This document shows positions 4,543-6,129 of a stretch of DNA of 6,129 nucleotides, piece by piece (position 1 is the first letter of the stretch; each line of letters opens with the position of its first letter). The stretch comes from a virus. Below the pieces are notes generated by a model that saw nothing but the letters and a program-made list of their open reading frames with translations, searched no databases and had not been told where the DNA came from. A program made the position numbers and the translations under genes. Where the stretch lies: positions 1 through 6,129 of IMG/VR virus record IMGVR_UViG_3300020040_000005, one strand, 5' to 3'.

Positions 4543-4603
4543 CTAGCTTCAAACAAATCAAAGAACTTTTCCACCAAGCGGGCGGGTCACGATTTTAGAA
4601 CCT

Positions 4604-4918
4604 CTACCCTTCTTTTTCCGACGTGATTTCATGAAGATTAATATCTAGGTCAAACATAAGAACTAACGTATTGTCGAAGAATTCGACCGCAAAACCAGGA
4701 AGAGAGGTTAGGTTAGAGACGAGAGTTGAAACGTCAGAGTGGAAGACGTAACAAAAGTCAGAAATCGAATCCTCCTTCAAGAGTGCAGGAAGGAAAGTAT
4801 CCTTAAGAGCCGAGACAGGAAGACTGATAAACTGACCATTATCGAGGTAACCAACCTGGACGAGGTCGATCTTAAGCGCAGCGTTGATGCGGCGAAGAAC
4901 AAGATGAATCTGTGTCAT
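4604..4918 (-). CDS. Hypothetical acidic 104-aa protein (ORF104b).
   Basis: ATG at 4918..4916, 12 nt after the ORF104a stop, and TAG at 4606..4604. Product: MTQIHLVLRRINAALKIDLVQVGYLDNGQFISLPVSALKDTFLPALLKEDSISDFCYVFHSDVSTLVSNLTSLPGFAVEFFDNTLVLMFDLDINLHEITSEKEG. It has 14 D/E against 6 K/R. Third codon positions are T/C-rich like the other genes. I recognise no family motif. Confidence 0.6.
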   Translation of the reverse strand: MTQIHLVLRRINAALKIDLVQVGYLDNGQFISLPVSALKDTFLPALLKEDSISDFCYVFHSDVSTLVSNLTSLPGFAVEFFDNTLVLMFDLDINLHEITSEKEG

Positions 4919-4930
4919 GATAATACGAAC

Positions 4931-5245
4931 TTATTTACGGTGAAAATTACTTAAAAACGAAATCCATTCATCGGAAGCGTGTTGCCAAAAAGCGACACCT
5001 TCGGGGGTTGCGTCAAACGGAAATGCCGCCACTACTGCAGAATTCATAGAAAAATAAGGCTTAGTGAGTAAACGACGAACATAATCACGAATAAATTGAT
5101 CGGCGGGACCCTCCTCCTTGAGAGCTTTCATACTATTCGCAGTAAATCTACGATATACATGTTGGCGAACAAGCCACTCAGTGAATAGATAAACGTAAAC
5201 ATCAAGAGTTAGACGTTTGGGGTTAAAAAATTTAGAATTGCTCAT
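4931..5245 (-). CDS. Hypothetical basic, aromatic-rich 104-aa protein (ORF104a).
   Basis: ATG at 5245..5243 and TAA at 4933..4931. Product: MSNSKFFNPKRLTLDVYVYLFTEWLVRQHVYRRFTANSMKALKEEGPADQFIRDYVRRLLTKPYFSMNSAVVAAFPFDATPEGVAFWQHASDEWISFLSNFHRK. The track's 139-aa version begins at a GTG (5350) inside VP2 and reads through the AT-rich spacer as a poly-hydrophobic stretch, so I prefer the ATG. Codons ending in T are frequent. Confidence 0.65.
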   Translation of the reverse strand: MSNSKFFNPKRLTLDVYVYLFTEWLVRQHVYRRFTANSMKALKEEGPADQFIRDYVRRLLTKPYFSMNSAVVAAFPFDATPEGVAFWQHASDEWISFLSNFHRK

Positions 5246-5271
5246 AATATAAAGATTGTTGGTTGACAATG

Positions 5272-5301
5272 CAAATATAGTAAAAAAAACAAGGATCCAA
5301 A
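5272..5301 (-). promoter_or_regulatory. Candidate Bacteroidetes-type promoter (-33 TTTG / -7 TAnnTTTG) in the AT-rich VP2-ORF104a spacer.
   Basis: On the minus strand TTTG (5301-5298) is followed by 18 nt and then TATATTTG (5279-5272), 26 nt upstream of the ORF104a ATG. It sits in TTAATTTTTTTTGGATCCTTGTTTTTTTTAC, two T8 runs flanking GGATCC. One other TAnnTTTG match occurs inside VP1 (1855-1862), so a chance match is possible. Confidence 0.3.
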
Positions 5302-5306
5302 AAAAA

Positions 5307-6129
5307 TTAACGCGAACGACGAGAATTATTGTAAGAACTCGAGTAGCCACTACGATTCATTTCAGTTTTAGCATAACCGACAACATTGCCTGCAGAATCG
5401 TAACGGGTAGTCATAGAGGAAGCAGTGGAATTGGCGGAAGAACCGCCAGCGGAAACGGTGCTGGCCGCGCGCGACATGCCTCCGCGGATAATACCCGCGC
5501 CAGCTATGCTACCAGCAACACCTATAAGGGCCTTCGAGATCTCAACGTACGGATCGATTTTAGCATTACGGAGAGCGACACGAGCCTGTTCTGGAAGAAA
5601 TTCAGAAGCATTCGCTTGATTTATAACGGTCTTATCGTGAAAATCCTTGAGAGATAAAGAAATAGTGAAAGTTCGAGGGCCAGGATTGCTTCGAGTGATA
5701 GGGTTAGAACTGCGAAGATTCTTTTCATACTGGGGATTCGGGATTTCGACATCAAAACGCTTATCCCAATTACGCGAAAGTTCATTAGCAGTATCGAGAT
5801 TATTGAGGCGAAGCGATTCAATCACTTCACGAGACTGCTCGCCAAGGATCTGATTAAGTACGCCTTGCGTATTCATCATAAAAGATTGAGCAGACATAAG
5901 TTTACCCAAATTTTCGTTCTCAATGCCTAAACGCTTGACCGTAGCAGCAACGAGGGCGGCCTGATTTTTCTTTTCGTCAATAGCACTCAAAAGTGTAGTG
6001 TCGGAAATAAATCGATTATTTTTCTCTATATCCTCTTGAACTCTAAGAACATCATGCGCAGCCAAGTTATGTTTAGTAATCGCTTCATCGAGCGCCACAC
6101 GAGCTTGAGCCATAGCGGTGTAAAGCTGA
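5307..6129 (-). CDS. VP2: DNA pilot / minor capsid protein VP2, C-terminal part. The frame is open to the right window edge, and 6009-6129 duplicates 1-121.
   Basis: The track ORF 5307..6113 (268 aa) begins at an internal Met. The same frame stays open up to 6128 and continues, after circularisation, to the ATG at 648. TAA at 5309..5307. The sequence is a helical Q/E/N/L-rich region, then the Gly/Ala-rich hydrophobic segment ALIGVAGSIAGAGII (nt 5487-5531), then an S/G/N-rich tail. Confidence 0.8.
   Translation of the reverse strand, partial: QLYTAMAQARVALDEAITKHNLAAHDVLRVQEDIEKNNRFISDTTLLSAIDEKKNQAALVAATVKRLGIENENLGKLMSAQSFMMNTQGVLNQILGEQSREVIESLRLNNLDTANELSRNWDKRFDVEIPNPQYEKNLRSSNPITRSNPGPRTFTISLSLKDFHDKTVINQANASEFLPEQARVALRNAKIDPYVEISKALIGVAGSIAGAGIIRGGMSRAASTVSAGGSSANSTASSMTTRYDSAGNVVGYAKTEMNRSGYSSSYNNSRRSR
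6009..6129. repeat. Terminal redundancy, copy 2 (identical to 1..121).
   Basis: Same evidence as copy 1: exact identity at offset 6008. Confidence 0.95.

Larger units (their letters stand above)
4351..4603 (-). promoter_or_regulatory. GC-rich, hairpin-dense main intergenic region. It is a candidate complementary-strand origin or priming site, or another cis-acting replication or packaging element.
   Basis: By hand count 65 of the 100 nt at 4371-4470 are G+C, against 26/60 in the coding line 2401-2460. At least six short perfect hairpins and two tandem motif pairs are present (see findings). The only ORF here on the coding strand (4353-4577) starts with TTG and has a different codon bias. Confidence 0.6.

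Noticed and set aside
4353-4577. A 74-aa minus-strand ORF covering most of the GC-rich spacer, ending 2 nt before the ORF66 ATG, with a basic C-terminal half. The in-register plus ORF 4368-4598 lies opposite it.
   Set aside because: It starts with TTG and has no ATG anywhere. Only 18 of 74 codons end in T (hand count), against about half in VP4, ORF66 and ORF63. The sequence is explained better by stacked hairpins and tandem motifs. GC-rich DNA is also naturally poor in stop codons in several frames. It is kept as an alternative in the spacer finding, because its tight abutment to ORF66 is suspicious.
1-6129. A search by eye for tRNA-like cloverleaves, CRISPR repeats, integrase, transposase or reverse-transcriptase motifs, and long inverted repeats.
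   Set aside because: I found none. There is no regularly spaced repeat array, no GTTCRAnnC T-loop context in the GC-rich island, and no ORF with recombinase or RT signatures. The only long repeat is the 121-nt assembly overlap.

Overview
The window is one complete, circularly permuted genome of a small ssDNA phage of the family Microviridae. It is not phiX174-like; the gene content resembles the gokushovirus/alpavirus group. Bases 1-121 are identical to 6009-6129, so the unit genome is 6008 nt and the window overlaps itself by 121 nt. Every credible gene is on the minus strand, which is therefore the mRNA-sense and presumably packaged strand. I recognise three hallmark genes from family motifs. 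They are the major capsid protein VP1 (1286-3076), the HUH rolling-circle replication initiator VP4 (3080-4150) and the pilot/minor capsid protein VP2. VP2 is split by the linearisation point (648->1 joined to 6008->5307, 449 aa) and is missing from the ORF track as a whole gene. The remaining genes are small orphans of 66, 98, 63, 104 and 104 aa, plus a doubtful 47-aa ORF. From ORF66 to VP2 the genes form a chain with stop/start overlaps or spacers of 12 nt or less. Only two real non-coding regions exist. One is an AT-rich spacer (5246-5306) with a Bacteroidetes-type promoter match. The other is a GC-rich island dense with hairpins (4351-4603), which is the best candidate for an origin or priming element. 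The two 104-aa orphan genes sit between these two regions as what looks like a separate transcription unit. All plus-strand ORFs in the track are in-register antisense shadows of real genes. No tRNA, rRNA, CRISPR array, integrase or transposase is visible. All calls rest on reading the sequence and on remembered family motifs; no database search was run.
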